Shown here one piece after another: positions 1-9,685 of a stretch of 61,740 nucleotides of DNA. The DNA comes from Christensenellales bacterium (lineage in GTDB: Bacteria > Bacillota > Clostridia > Christensenellales > CAG-917). Position numbers and translations under genes: made by a program. Where the stretch lies: NCBI GenBank assembly GCA_048394785.1, contig DBFJGL010000056.1:1-61740 (forward strand). Direction: 5' to 3'. The stretch's first letter is position 1, and each line of letters begins with the position of its first letter. The notes below the pieces were generated by a model. That model had not been told where the DNA came from, made no database searches, and saw nothing but the letters and a program-made list of their open reading frames with translations.

Positions 1-3
1 GTT

Positions 4-1317
4 ATGAAAAATGCTAACGGCTATGCCGAAAGTTTTGCGGAACTTATCAAATGTCCGACCGTTACCAACAGCGGCGCGGAATATTTTGCCAAGTTCAGAG
101 AGGTGCTTAAAAGGGAATTTCCTCTCGTTCACGAAAATTGCGAAATGACTGTTGTCAAGGGCGACGCAATCCTTTTCAAGTGGAAGGGAAAGGCGTCCTC
201 GCGTCCCGTGGTGCTTATGGCGCATCAGGACGTCGTGCCCGCAGTCGGCGGCGATTGGAAATATGCTCCTTTCTCGGGAGAAATCGCGGACGGAAAAGTT
301 TGGGGACGCGGAACTATGGACTGCAAAAATACGCTGTTCTGCACCATACAGGCGGTCGAAGAATTGATTGAGGAGGGGTTTGAACCCGAGCAGGATATAT
401 ACCTCAGTTACAGCGACAACGAGGAAACGTCGGGCGGCGGCGCGCCTGCCGCGCGCGATTGGTTTATCGCAAACGGCGTCAAGCCCGCGGTCGCAATCGA
501 CGAGGGCGGCGCGATTGTGGAAAACGCTTTCCCCGGAATGACGAAGCCGTACGCAATGGTCGGTATCGTGGAAAAGGGATACGCCGACATCAAGTTTATT
601 GCGAGAAGCAGCGGCGGTCACAGCTCGCAGCCGCCTAAGAATACGCCCATCGCGAGATTGTCCGCGTTTGTCAACAGATGCGAAAAACGCCCCGTTTTCA
701 AGAAAAGAATTACGGGCGAAGTGCTTGAAATGTTCAAAGAACTGTCCAACGGTCTTACGGGCGCGCTCAGACTGTTTACGAAATATATCGACCTCACCTG
801 CGGCATAGCGGCTAAGGTTATGCCCAAAATCACGCCCGTCGGCGGCGCGTTGTTCGGGACTACGATGACGTTTACGATGTCCGGCGGCGCGAGCGCACCC
901 AACGTCATTCCCCAAGAGGCGTTTGTGGTTGCCAATTTGCGCTTCGCTCCCGGCGACGATAAGGACAAGTGCATCAAAAAGCTGGAAAAAATCGCGGCAA
1001 AGTACGACCTCGAAACGGAGGTTATGGAGGCGCGCAACGCAAGCCCCACCGTCGATACCGAAAGCGCGGATTATAAGTATTTCGTAAAGACGATGAGCGA
1101 AACTTTCCCCGAAATCGGAGTTGCGCCTTATCTCATTTTCGGAGGTACCGATTGCAGGACTATGCAGGAAATAACCAAGTGCGCTCTGCGCTGTACTCCT
1201 TGCAGACTCAGCCCTCAGCAGCTTGCGAGTATGCACGCCTCAAACGAAAATATCGACATAGCGTCGCTGGACGGCGGCGTGGCGTTTTTCAAGAACTACA
1301 TCAAGGGCTATAAATAG
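4..1317 (+). CDS. M20/M25/M40 family metallopeptidase (carboxypeptidase/dipeptidase-like)
   Basis: 437-aa ORF with the metal-ligand block LMAHQDVVPA and GRGTMDCK near the N-terminus, plus a SGGHSS block. This pattern is typical of M20 peptidases. Family assigned from motifs only. Confidence 0.8.
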   Translation: MKNANGYAESFAELIKCPTVTNSGAEYFAKFREVLKREFPLVHENCEMTVVKGDAILFKWKGKASSRPVVLMAHQDVVPAVGGDWKYAPFSGEIADGKVWGRGTMDCKNTLFCTIQAVEELIEEGFEPEQDIYLSYSDNEETSGGGAPAARDWFIANGVKPAVAIDEGGAIVENAFPGMTKPYAMVGIVEKGYADIKFIARSSGGHSSQPPKNTPIARLSAFVNRCEKRPVFKKRITGEVLEMFKELSNGLTGALRLFTKYIDLTCGIAAKVMPKITPVGGALFGTTMTFTMSGGASAPNVIPQEAFVVANLRFAPGDDKDKCIKKLEKIAAKYDLETEVMEARNASPTVDTESADYKYFVKTMSETFPEIGVAPYLIFGGTDCRTMQEITKCALRCTPCRLSPQQLASMHASNENIDIASLDGGVAFFKNYIKGYK

Positions 1318-1337
1318 CCTTACAGGGAGAGATTGAT

Positions 1338-1892
1338 ATGAGCATTTGGCACGACATTGACGCTTCGAGAATTACTCCGACCGATTTTTTCGCGGTCATC
1401 GAGATTTCAAAGGGCAGTAAGAATAAGTACGAGTTGGATAAGGAAACGGGCTGTCTTATGCTTGACAGGGTGCTGTACACCGCAACCCACTATCCGGCGA
1501 ATTACGGGTTTATACCCCTGACTTATTCCGACGACAACGACCCGTTGGACGTTCTGGTACTCTGCTCCGAGCCCATCGTACCTATGACTATGGTGCGCTG
1601 TTACGCCATCGGCGTGGTTATGATGCAGGACAGCGGCAAGATGGATTATAAGATTATCGCCATTCCTTTTAAGGACCCGACTTGGAATATATACAAGGAA
1701 ATAGAGGATTTGCCGCCCCATATTATGGACGAAATCTCCCACTTTTTCAGAGTGTATAAACAGCTCGAAGATAAGGATACGACGGTGTTCAAGGTAAAGG
1801 ACAGAGCTTTTGCCGAGCTCATAATCAAGGATAATATCAAAGCTTACAAAGAAACTTTCGGTAAGGACAAAAACGGTAAGGATAAAAAATAG
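1338..1892 (+). CDS. ppa: inorganic pyrophosphatase, family I
   Basis: 184-aa ORF with the family I PPase signature region YPANYGFIP...DPLDVLVL and KIIA..D. RBS GGGAGAG lies upstream. It has a Lys-rich C-terminal tail. Confidence 0.9.
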   Translation: MSIWHDIDASRITPTDFFAVIEISKGSKNKYELDKETGCLMLDRVLYTATHYPANYGFIPLTYSDDNDPLDVLVLCSEPIVPMTMVRCYAIGVVMMQDSGKMDYKIIAIPFKDPTWNIYKEIEDLPPHIMDEISHFFRVYKQLEDKDTTVFKVKDRAFAELIIKDNIKAYKETFGKDKNGKDKK

Positions 1893-1899
1893 TTTTACT

Positions 1900-3330
1900 A
1901 TGTTTGACGTAATTGTTATAGGCGGCGGCGTCGTTGGCGCCGCCGTCGCCGACCGACTGTCGAGATTGAAACTGTCGGTCGCTCTTTTGGAAAAAGGCGA
2001 TGACGTCGCGGTGGGCGCAAGCCGCGCAAACAGCGGCATCGTTCACGCGGGGTACGACTGCGAACCGGGGACGCTCAAAGCGAAATTCAACGTCCGCGGA
2101 AATGAGCTTATGTGGGAGGACGCGCGGGAACTCGACGTGCCGTGCGTTAAGTGCGGCTCGTTGGTGGCGGCGGGCGCGGACGGTCTTTCCGCCCTTAAAG
2201 CGCTCAAAGTCAAGGCGGACAAAAACGGCGTAAACGCGCGCATTCTGGACAGAGCGCAAACGCTTGAAATCGAGCCCAACGTATCCGACAAAACCGAGTA
2301 TTCGCTGTACGCTCCCGAAGGGGGCGTCGTTTCGCCCTATCAGCTGACAATAGCGTATGCGGACAGAGCCGTCCTGAACGGCGCGGCGGTCTGTACCGAA
2401 ACGGAGGTCACGGATATAACGGACGCGGAGTTCGGGTATGAAATAAAAACTTCCAAGGGCGTTTTTGAAGCAAAGCTCGTCGTGAACTGCGCAGGCGCAA
2501 ACGCCGCCGCAATCAACGATTTGGCAGGAGCGGAGCATTTTGAAACTCAGTTCAGACGCGGAGATTATTTCGTAATAGACAACGCCGAGCGGAAAAACGT
2601 GTCCGCCGTAATTTTCCCTCTGCCTACCGCGGCGGGAAAGGGCATTCTGATTGCGCCGACCGCAGACGGAAACGTAATTTACGGTCCGACGTCCGTGCCC
2701 GAGGCAACTTGCGACACCGCAACCCACGCGGCGGCGTTTGACGAAATAAGAAAAAACGTGCCTCTCAACTATTCGCGCGCGGCTTTCAACAAGATTATAA
2801 GAACGTACGCTGGCGTACGGGCGGTTGTGGGCGACGATTTTATCGTGCGTCCGTCCGCGCTTAAAAAGAATTTTATTATGGCTGCGGGTATTTGTTCGCC
2901 CGGGCTCACTTCCGCGCCTGCGATTGCGGAATATATAAGCGGGGAAGTGCAAAAAGCATTCGGCTGCGATTTTAAGGAGAATTATATAGTATCTCCCGAG
3001 CGCAAACCTCGTTTTTGCGAGCTCGACGCGAACGAAATCAACGCGCTCGCAAAAGAGGACGAAAGATGGGGGCGTATCGTATGCCGTTGCGAAAAGGTGA
3101 CGGAGGCTGAAATCGTGGCGGCAATTCATTCGCCCGTGCCTGCCGTGACGGTGGACGCCGTCAAGCGCAGAGTGCGCGCCGGTATGGGCAGATGTCAGGG
3201 CGGTTTCTGCTCGGTCAGAGTTATGGAAATTCTGTCGCGCGAACTGTCGATTCCGCTGACGGAAGTCAGAAAGGGAGCCGTCGGCTCCGAAATTGCGGTG
3301 TGCGCGATAAAGGAGGTCGGGCGTGACTGA
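1900..3330 (+). CDS. FAD-dependent oxidoreductase, GlpA-like, with C-terminal BFD-like [2Fe-2S] domain
   Basis: N-terminal Rossmann motif VIVIGGGVVGAAVA...LLEKGDD. C-terminal CRCEKVTEAEI...GMGRCQGGFC is a BFD-like 2Fe-2S motif. It is the first gene of the three-gene set found for anaerobic glycerol-3-phosphate dehydrogenase-like enzymes in Firmicutes. Confidence 0.8.
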   Translation: MFDVIVIGGGVVGAAVADRLSRLKLSVALLEKGDDVAVGASRANSGIVHAGYDCEPGTLKAKFNVRGNELMWEDARELDVPCVKCGSLVAAGADGLSALKALKVKADKNGVNARILDRAQTLEIEPNVSDKTEYSLYAPEGGVVSPYQLTIAYADRAVLNGAAVCTETEVTDITDAEFGYEIKTSKGVFEAKLVVNCAGANAAAINDLAGAEHFETQFRRGDYFVIDNAERKNVSAVIFPLPTAAGKGILIAPTADGNVIYGPTSVPEATCDTATHAAAFDEIRKNVPLNYSRAAFNKIIRTYAGVRAVVGDDFIVRPSALKKNFIMAAGICSPGLTSAPAIAEYISGEVQKAFGCDFKENYIVSPERKPRFCELDANEINALAKEDERWGRIVCRCEKVTEAEIVAAIHSPVPAVTVDAVKRRVRAGMGRCQGGFCSVRVMEILSRELSIPLTEVRKGAVGSEIAVCAIKEVGRD

Positions 3331-4567
3331 TTTCGACGTAATTGTTATCGGAGGCGGACCTGCCGGTATGGCCGCCGCGCTTGCCGCAAGCGAGTCGGGT
3401 GCGTCCGTTTTGATTTTGGAGCGCGACGTAAGACTGGGCGGTATTCTCAACCAGTGCATTCACGCAGGGTTCGGTCTGCATTATTTCGGAGAGGAAATGA
3501 CCGGTCCCGAGTATGCGGACAGATTTGCAAAACGCGTCGAGCAAAGCAAAATCACGGTGTCGCTTGAAAGTATGTGCCTCTATATAGGCGACGATTGCAC
3601 GGTGGTTTACCTCTGCCCCGAAAAGGGTTCGGTTACCGTAAAAGGCGGCGCGGTGGTGCTGGCAATGGGGTGCCGCGAGCGTACGGCAGGCGCGATTTCT
3701 CTGCCCGGAAGCCGTCCGTCCGGCATTTATACCGCAGGTATGGCGCAGAAGCTCTGCAACGTAAAAGGTTATCTTGTGGGCAGACGCGTGGTCGTGCTCG
3801 GAAGCGGCGATATAGGTTTGATTATGGCGCGCAGAATGACTCTCGAAGGCGCAAAAGTTGAAGCCGTAATCGAGCTTATGCCTTATTCGAGCGGTCTTAA
3901 AAGAAATATTGTTCAGTGCCTCGACGACTTCGGTATTCCGCTTTATTACGCGCATACCGTGACGAGGGTGGAGGGCAGTCCGAGGCTCACCGCGCTGTAT
4001 TACGCTCCCGTGGACGAGAACAGACGCCCCGACCTGAGCCGCGAAAAAAAGATCGAATGCGATACGCTGCTGCTGTCCGTGGGGCTTATCCCCGAAAACG
4101 ATTTGCTTGCGGGAACCGCCGTAGAAATGAGCGGAGTGACGTCGGGAGCGGTTGTTGACGAGAACAGAATGACGAGCATTAAGGGCATTTTCTCCTGCGG
4201 AAACGTGCTTCACGTTCACGACCTTGTGGACAACGTGAGCAGAGAAGCGGAAATCGCGGGAGCGGCGGCTGCGGAATACGCTCTCGGAAAAGACGGCGAG
4301 CGCGCGGAAGGCAAGGAGTATTTCAACGTCGTCGCCAAGGACGGCGTGAGATATGCTCTGCCGCAGAAAATTTCGCGTACGGATAAGGAGATTAAGCTGT
4401 TTTTCAGAGTGGATAACGTCTATAAAGGAGCGCGTATCGTCGCAGAGTGCGCGGACAAAACGCTGTATTCCGCAAAACGTATGGTGCTTGCCCCCGGCGA
4501 GATGGAAAGCATAATAATAAAGGGTTCGGATATAGACGCGGACGTGACGCTGAGGTTGGTGAAATGA
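3323..4567 (+). CDS. FAD/NAD(P)-binding pyridine nucleotide-disulfide oxidoreductase (second subunit of the GlpA-like trio)
   Basis: Two dinucleotide-binding motifs: VIVIGGGPAGMAAA and VVVLGSGDIGLIMA. The start overlaps the stop of the upstream gene by 8 nt. Confidence 0.8.
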   Translation: MTDFDVIVIGGGPAGMAAALAASESGASVLILERDVRLGGILNQCIHAGFGLHYFGEEMTGPEYADRFAKRVEQSKITVSLESMCLYIGDDCTVVYLCPEKGSVTVKGGAVVLAMGCRERTAGAISLPGSRPSGIYTAGMAQKLCNVKGYLVGRRVVVLGSGDIGLIMARRMTLEGAKVEAVIELMPYSSGLKRNIVQCLDDFGIPLYYAHTVTRVEGSPRLTALYYAPVDENRRPDLSREKKIECDTLLLSVGLIPENDLLAGTAVEMSGVTSGAVVDENRMTSIKGIFSCGNVLHVHDLVDNVSREAEIAGAAAAEYALGKDGERAEGKEYFNVVAKDGVRYALPQKISRTDKEIKLFFRVDNVYKGARIVAECADKTLYSAKRMVLAPGEMESIIIKGSDIDADVTLRLVK

Positions 4568-4908
4568 ATACGATTTGCATAATGTGCCCTATGGGGTGTC
4601 CGTTGGAAATAGTCGAAAAGGACGGTCAGGTGATTGTGAGCGGCAACACCTGCAAGAGGGGTAAAGATTACGGCGTTGCCGAATATACCCGTCCTGTGCG
4701 CACGCTCACCTCGCTCGTGAAACGCGAGGGCGGAGGAGTGGCGTCCGTAAAGACAAGCGCGCCGTTTGATAAGTCAAGACTGCTCGACGCGGCGGAGGAA
4801 CTCAAAAAATTCGTCGCGCCCAAAGACTGCAAAATAGGCGACGTCATCGTAAAAAACCTGCTCGGGTTGGGGACGGACGTCGTGGTCACGGGCAATCTCG
4901 GAGAGTGA
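4564..4908 (+). CDS. DUF1667 domain protein (small Cys-rich third subunit)
   Basis: Internal ATG at 4564 overlaps the upstream TGA (ATGA), indicating translational coupling. Product starts MNTICIMCPMGCPLEI...GNTCKRG, typical of DUF1667. The longer track ORF from 4447 lies inside the upstream gene. Confidence 0.75.
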   Translation: MNTICIMCPMGCPLEIVEKDGQVIVSGNTCKRGKDYGVAEYTRPVRTLTSLVKREGGGVASVKTSAPFDKSRLLDAAEELKKFVAPKDCKIGDVIVKNLLGLGTDVVVTGNLGE

Positions 4909-4911
4909 GCG

Positions 4912-6696
4912 GTGCGGCGGACGAGGATATTTAACGTTCGCCACGTCTGTTTTTTCGCCCTGTCTTTGACGGCGGGAATTATAATTGCGGAGGCGATGAG
5001 CGCGTTGCCTTCGCTTTTTGTTTTGTGTCCGATGGGAGTGTGCGCCGCGGTTGCCGCGGTTGTAACCGCGTTTAAGAAAAGCAGAAAATTCTTTTATATT
5101 CCCGTTGCTGTCATTATAGGATTGATTTCGTTAACGGCATTTTATCATATTATTTCGGCATCTTCATCTCCCGATTACAGCGGTAAATTGCAGGCGGAAG
5201 TCGCAAGCGAAATCGTGATTGAAAACGATGACGCAACCTTTTATATAGATAATATAGTAATCGGCGGCGCGCGATATTCAGGACGGGCGAAGGTGCGCGC
5301 GCATCTTGGCGAAGCTCCGAGTTTCCGCGCAGGGGATATAATAGAGATTGACGGAAAACTGATAAATTACAACCGCGGGCCGTTTGACGGATATTACGCG
5401 TCCAAAGCGGCAAAAGGAGAGTACTATACCGTTTACGCGAGCGGCGTTCGCAAAATCGCGGACGGTGAGCCTTCATTTATCCTTAAAGTTCAGCTTAAAA
5501 TAAAAAGTATGTTGTTCGAGAATACCGACGCGCACACCGCCGCAATTTGTCAGGCGTTGTTTTTGGGCGACAAAAGCATACTCGACGACGGACTTTACGA
5601 CAATATAAAGGCTAGCGGACTTGCGCACGTTCTCGCGGTCAGCGGTCTGCACGTTTCGGCGTTGACGGCGGCTCTTTATTTTGTGCTCAAAAAACTGAAA
5701 GTCAACAAAAAAGCCGCGTTTGTGTTTGTCGGCGCGCTGAGTTTTTTATACGTTGCGCTGTGCTCGTTTTCGCCGTCTGCGCTGCGCGCGTTCATAATGT
5801 GCTCGGTGTTCGCTTTCGCGGACGCCGCCTCTTTCAAAAAGGACAATCTGAGCGCGCTGTCGCTTGCCGCGTCGCTGATAATGATATTCCGTCCCGTCGC
5901 GTTGATGGAGGCGGGCTTTTTATTGTCCGTATTTTCCGTGCTCGGCATATTCCTCTTTGCAAAGCCGATTAAAGAAGCGATTTTGAAACCTTTCGGCATA
6001 GCCGCGGAGGAGAATACGTTTATTATGCGCTATTCGGCGACAGCCATTATTCCCGCGGGCGCGACCGGCGGTGCGTATTCGTCCGGTTGCCCGAGCGGCG
6101 GAAAGGCGGAGGACGCGCTCGGAGCGAACGCATACGGGAAAAAGGAGCAATACGGACGGTACGGCGGTGTTTTCGACTCGGCGGCGGCAGATAATAATCG
6201 CGCAAAAGACGGGCGCATATCGCTCAAAGATAAAATCGGGCGCGGCAGAATAGCGGTAAAAATTTTATCGGGAGCGGCTGAGGGAGGCGCGGTTGCGCTT
6301 GCCGCGAATATTGCAACGTATCCGCTGACGGCATATTTTTTTCAAAGCATTCCCGTATTGTTTTTGTTGTCGAGCGTGGTCGTGCTTCCTTACATAATAG
6401 CCGTGTACGGCGTGCTCGCAGTGCTCGTTCTGTTTTCGCTGATAACGACTCTCGGCGGCGCGTTGAAAATTATGGATTTTCTGATATTTCCGTTTAAGGC
6501 TTATACCTCGGCGATAGGAAATTTATCATTTGCCGCGTTGCCCGTAAGCGCGTCGGTAGTGGGAATAGTAACTTACGCAGCGTGTATGCTGATTGCTTCG
6601 AGATTTGTGTTTTTGCAAAAGCGCACCAAAATCGCGCTTGTCGCGTCCCTTGCCGCGTGCGGCGCCGTCGGCAGCCTGCTTATAACGCTTTTGTGA
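4912..6696 (+). CDS. ComEC/Rec2-like competence membrane protein (no metallo-beta-lactamase domain visible)
   Basis: GTG start. Many TM helices and the competence-domain motif GLAHVLAVSGLHV. Contains a Gly/Ala/Lys-rich low-complexity insert. The ORF ends at 594 aa without HxHxDH. Confidence 0.7.
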   Translation: MRRTRIFNVRHVCFFALSLTAGIIIAEAMSALPSLFVLCPMGVCAAVAAVVTAFKKSRKFFYIPVAVIIGLISLTAFYHIISASSSPDYSGKLQAEVASEIVIENDDATFYIDNIVIGGARYSGRAKVRAHLGEAPSFRAGDIIEIDGKLINYNRGPFDGYYASKAAKGEYYTVYASGVRKIADGEPSFILKVQLKIKSMLFENTDAHTAAICQALFLGDKSILDDGLYDNIKASGLAHVLAVSGLHVSALTAALYFVLKKLKVNKKAAFVFVGALSFLYVALCSFSPSALRAFIMCSVFAFADAASFKKDNLSALSLAASLIMIFRPVALMEAGFLLSVFSVLGIFLFAKPIKEAILKPFGIAAEENTFIMRYSATAIIPAGATGGAYSSGCPSGGKAEDALGANAYGKKEQYGRYGGVFDSAAADNNRAKDGRISLKDKIGRGRIAVKILSGAAEGGAVALAANIATYPLTAYFFQSIPVLFLLSSVVVLPYIIAVYGVLAVLVLFSLITTLGGALKIMDFLIFPFKAYTSAIGNLSFAALPVSASVVGIVTYAACMLIASRFVFLQKRTKIALVASLAACGAVGSLLITLL

Positions 6697-6860
6697 CTGC
6701 TGCCGCATAAAGCGGAAGGCGCAAAATGAGATATGAGAAGAAGTCGTCTTAAATATTTATTTAAGGTATTGAAAATTCCTGCGCTATGTGATAAAATCGA
6801 AAAGGATACATATATAATTATATATCGATATTGTATCCGAATTGCGCTGCGAGGTATTTT

Positions 6861-7844
6861 ATGGGAATTTTTACAGGAGTTCAGGGCGGTCTTATTATTG
6901 CCGCGTTGGTATTGGCTGTGCTTGCCGGCATAGCGGTTTTGGTCATTACGTTGATTTACGGCAAAAAACATAAAGACGACAGAACGGAGAATATTTCGCC
7001 GGTCGTTGCGCCGCAGTCGGCAGACGGCGAACTTAAAGAAGAAGTTGCCGCCGACGTCGCAGAGGAAGCTGCCGCGCCCGTCGAGGAAGCCGTCGAACAG
7101 GTTGCGGAAGAACCTGCTCCCGAACCGGAACCCGTTATAGTTCCCGAACCGGCCGCAGAACCCGAACCCGTCGCCGAGCCCGAGCCGATTGTCGAGCCCG
7201 AACCCGTGGAGGAAGAGGTCCAAAAGAAACCGGTCAAACCCAAGAAGTCCAAGAAGGTCGTAAAGAAGAAAGAGGACGATTGGTCCAACTACGACGGCGA
7301 TTACGAGGGTTATTACTATGACCCCGAAGACGGCTGTTATTACGAGGGCGAAGCTCCCGAGGAGCTCAGAGATAAGATTGCCGCTCATCGCGCAAAGCTC
7401 GAAGAAGAGGAGAAAAAGACGGGCAAAAAGATTATCATTCAGAAAATCAAACCTCCGTTTGCGACTCTCGATACTCCCAAGCACCCCAGACAAAAGCCCG
7501 CCGCGGTGGACGGTTTTGACGAAGCCGTTATATACGGCAAGTTTGTTATCGAACACGTCGGCGACGAATATTTCTACACCCTTTACAATAACAAGGAAGT
7601 TCCGCTTTATCTCAGCGGCAACTACTCTACGTTGGAGTATTGCGAGAGAGCGGTAAAGCGATTCAAGACGCACGTTCTCGTGGGCGCGTTCCACATCGAC
7701 GAGGAGGACGGAAAATTCCGCTTTATCCTTTCGAGAAAGAGCTATTCGCATAAGGGTGATTTGCACGATACCCGTTTCGAGGCGGAAAAGCAGTTGGATG
7801 AAGCAAAGAGCTTTGCGACTACGGATATAATCAGAATTCAGTAA
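6861..7844 (+). CDS. membrane-anchored protein with acidic Pro/Glu-rich linker and two C-terminal YegP-like (DUF1508) modules
   Basis: ATG at 6861 is preceded by GAGG (6851-6854); the track ORF starts at a TTG at 6831. One N-terminal TM helix, then EPxPEPEP repeats and a KKxxKK stretch. Two modules follow of the type GKFVIEH..YFYTLY and GKFRFILSRKS. Confidence 0.6.
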   Translation: MGIFTGVQGGLIIAALVLAVLAGIAVLVITLIYGKKHKDDRTENISPVVAPQSADGELKEEVAADVAEEAAAPVEEAVEQVAEEPAPEPEPVIVPEPAAEPEPVAEPEPIVEPEPVEEEVQKKPVKPKKSKKVVKKKEDDWSNYDGDYEGYYYDPEDGCYYEGEAPEELRDKIAAHRAKLEEEEKKTGKKIIIQKIKPPFATLDTPKHPRQKPAAVDGFDEAVIYGKFVIEHVGDEYFYTLYNNKEVPLYLSGNYSTLEYCERAVKRFKTHVLVGAFHIDEEDGKFRFILSRKSYSHKGDLHDTRFEAEKQLDEAKSFATTDIIRIQ

Positions 7845-7866
7845 CGGTATATAAGTACATATCGGG

Positions 7867-7897
7867 AAAACGGAGGTTTGCGCCTCCGTTTTCGTTT
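7867..7897 (+). terminator. rho-independent terminator
   Basis: Stem CGGAGG (7871-7876) / CCTCCG (7883-7888), flanked by an A-run and followed by TTTT. Confidence 0.7.
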
Positions 7898-8102
7898 GGA
7901 GAGAATATACGCGCAATACGTTTATAAGGAATGTTTATATAACATAAATGCGCGATATTCATTCGGGCATACCGCGCGTATTGCGCGTTATTCTTGCACG
8001 GTGTTTACTCAAATAATCTTGTAACGGTTAATACAACGGTTCAAATGCACAATCGCCGCAAAGTTTTTATGACGGCATAATTAAAATTTTAGGCTTTTAT
8101 TG

Positions 8103-8131
8103 TCATATTGCGTATGCTTGCTCCATATATT
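8103..8131 (+). promoter_or_regulatory. candidate sigma-E type sporulation promoter upstream of spoIVA
   Basis: TCATATT (8103-8109), a 14-nt spacer, then CATATATT (8124-8131). This resembles the Bacillus sigma-E consensus (ATATT / CATACA-T). spoIVA is sigma-E dependent in Bacillus. Confidence 0.45.
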
Positions 8132-8156
8132 TTAGCAAACCGAAATGGAGGACAGT

Positions 8157-9635
8157 ATGGAGAAATTCGATTTATATCGGGATATTGCTACGCGTACGGG
8201 AGGCGACGTGTACGTCGGGGTTGTCGGACCTGTGAGAACGGGTAAGTCTACGCTGATAAAACAGTTTATGCAACAGCTGATGCTGGACGGCATAAACAAC
8301 GATGACGCGCGCAGTCGGGCGGTGGATGAAATGCCGCAGTCCGCCGACGGCAAAACCATTATGACTACTCAGCCCAAGTTTGTGCCCAACGAGGCGGTAA
8401 GAGTGACGCTAAGCGACAATCTCGCCGTGAATATGCGGCTTATCGATTGCGTCGGTTATATGGTGGACGGCGCGATGGGCGGAGAAGAAGACGGCAGGGA
8501 CAGAATGGTGACGACGCCTTGGTCTGAGGAGGAAATCCCGTTCAGACAAGCGGCGGAAATAGGCACGGATAAAGTCATAAGAGAACACAGTACCATCGCC
8601 GTTGCGGTGACTACCGACGGGAGTTTTACCGATATACCGCGCGCGGACTACGCCGAGGCGGAGGAGAGAGTGATAAACGAACTGAAAGCTTGCGGCAAGC
8701 CTTTTGCCGTGGTGCTCAACACCGTGAATCCAAACTCCGAAAACGCGTGCAAAATCAAAGCCGAACTCGAAGAAAAGTACGGCGTGGGCGTTATCTGCAA
8801 AAACGCCGTCAATATGACCGAACAGGATATTGCCGAAATTTTGGAGGTAATTCTGTTGGAGTTCAGCGTAAAACTCATAGATTTCGAACTGCCGCGTTGG
8901 GTGCAGGCACTCGATAAAGACAGCGAAGTCGTGGAGGAAATTATAGGCATTGTATCCGCTATGGGAGAGGATATAGCCAAAATGAAGGACTATGAAAAAA
9001 TCGACGGATATTTTGAAAAGTCCAAGTTCTGGCGGCTGCCCGAAAAGGTGGAACTCGACGCGGGGCGCGGCAGAGTCGCGGTCAAAGTAAGCCCGCAGGC
9101 AGGCGTGTTCTTCTCGGTGCTGAGCGCAGAGTGCGGTATGGAGATGTCCGACGATTTCGAGCTTCTCAAAAATATGAAAGAGCTGTGCCGCGGCAGACAA
9201 AAGACGGCTAAGCTTCTTGCGGCTATGGAGCAGGTAGACAGTCTCGGTTACGGCATAGTGCAGCCGACAATGGAAGAAATGGAGCTTAAAGAACCCGAAC
9301 TGATACGTCAGGGACAGCAATACGGCGTCCGTATCAAGGCGAGCGCACCGAGTTTGCACATTATGCGCGTGGACGTCGAAACGGAGGTAAGTCCCATTGT
9401 AGGCAGCGAACAGCAGAGCGAGGAAATGGTCAACAATATGCTTGCCGATTTCGCGGATAACAAGCAGGCAATTTGGGACACGAATATATTCGGGCGCACG
9501 CTCAGCTCGCTCATCGCCGACGGCATAAACGCAAAACTCAACAACGTGCCTTCTGAGGCGGAAAGCAAGCTGAGGAAAACTTTGGGGCGCATAGTCAACG
9601 AGGGCAAGGGCGGAGTTATCTGTATCCTCCTATAA
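8157..9635 (+). CDS. spoIVA: stage IV sporulation protein A (spore coat morphogenetic ATPase)
   Basis: MEKFDLYRDIATRTGGDVYVGVVGPVRTGKSTLIKQFM matches the conserved SpoIVA N-terminus and Walker A motif. GGAGG lies 5 nt upstream of ATG 8157. An alternative in-frame ATG is at 8145. Confidence 0.92.
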   Translation: MEKFDLYRDIATRTGGDVYVGVVGPVRTGKSTLIKQFMQQLMLDGINNDDARSRAVDEMPQSADGKTIMTTQPKFVPNEAVRVTLSDNLAVNMRLIDCVGYMVDGAMGGEEDGRDRMVTTPWSEEEIPFRQAAEIGTDKVIREHSTIAVAVTTDGSFTDIPRADYAEAEERVINELKACGKPFAVVLNTVNPNSENACKIKAELEEKYGVGVICKNAVNMTEQDIAEILEVILLEFSVKLIDFELPRWVQALDKDSEVVEEIIGIVSAMGEDIAKMKDYEKIDGYFEKSKFWRLPEKVELDAGRGRVAVKVSPQAGVFFSVLSAECGMEMSDDFELLKNMKELCRGRQKTAKLLAAMEQVDSLGYGIVQPTMEEMELKEPELIRQGQQYGVRIKASAPSLHIMRVDVETEVSPIVGSEQQSEEMVNNMLADFADNKQAIWDTNIFGRTLSSLIADGINAKLNNVPSEAESKLRKTLGRIVNEGKGGVICILL

Positions 9636-9662
9636 ACACCGTTTGCAAAAGAAAGCCCGCGA

Positions 9663-9685
9663 AGGCAGCCGCATTGCGGCTGCCT
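9663..9685 (+). terminator. GC-rich hairpin downstream of spoIVA (no U-tract)
   Basis: Perfect 10-bp stem AGGCAGCCGC / GCGGCTGCCT with a 3-nt loop. No T-run follows it. Confidence 0.35.

Noticed and set aside
1837-3459. Long antisense ORFs opposite recognised genes: 1837-3459, 3266-4219, 6573-7916, 8409-9359, 10110-11468, 25048-25893, 30046-31209, 38555-40063, 40079-41482, 53546-54436 and others
   Set aside because: Their products are Arg/Ala/Gly-rich with low-complexity composition. They lie fully inside well-supported genes on the other strand and have no RBS or motifs. These are typical shadow ORFs of GC-rich coding DNA.
4447-4563. Longer N-terminal extension of the DUF1667 ORF, and similar extensions at 6831, 32503, 32990, 37607, 49458 and 55474
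   Set aside because: The extensions overlap the preceding gene or lack an RBS. The internal ATG in each case has a Shine-Dalgarno sequence and starts the conserved or hydrophobic N-terminus.
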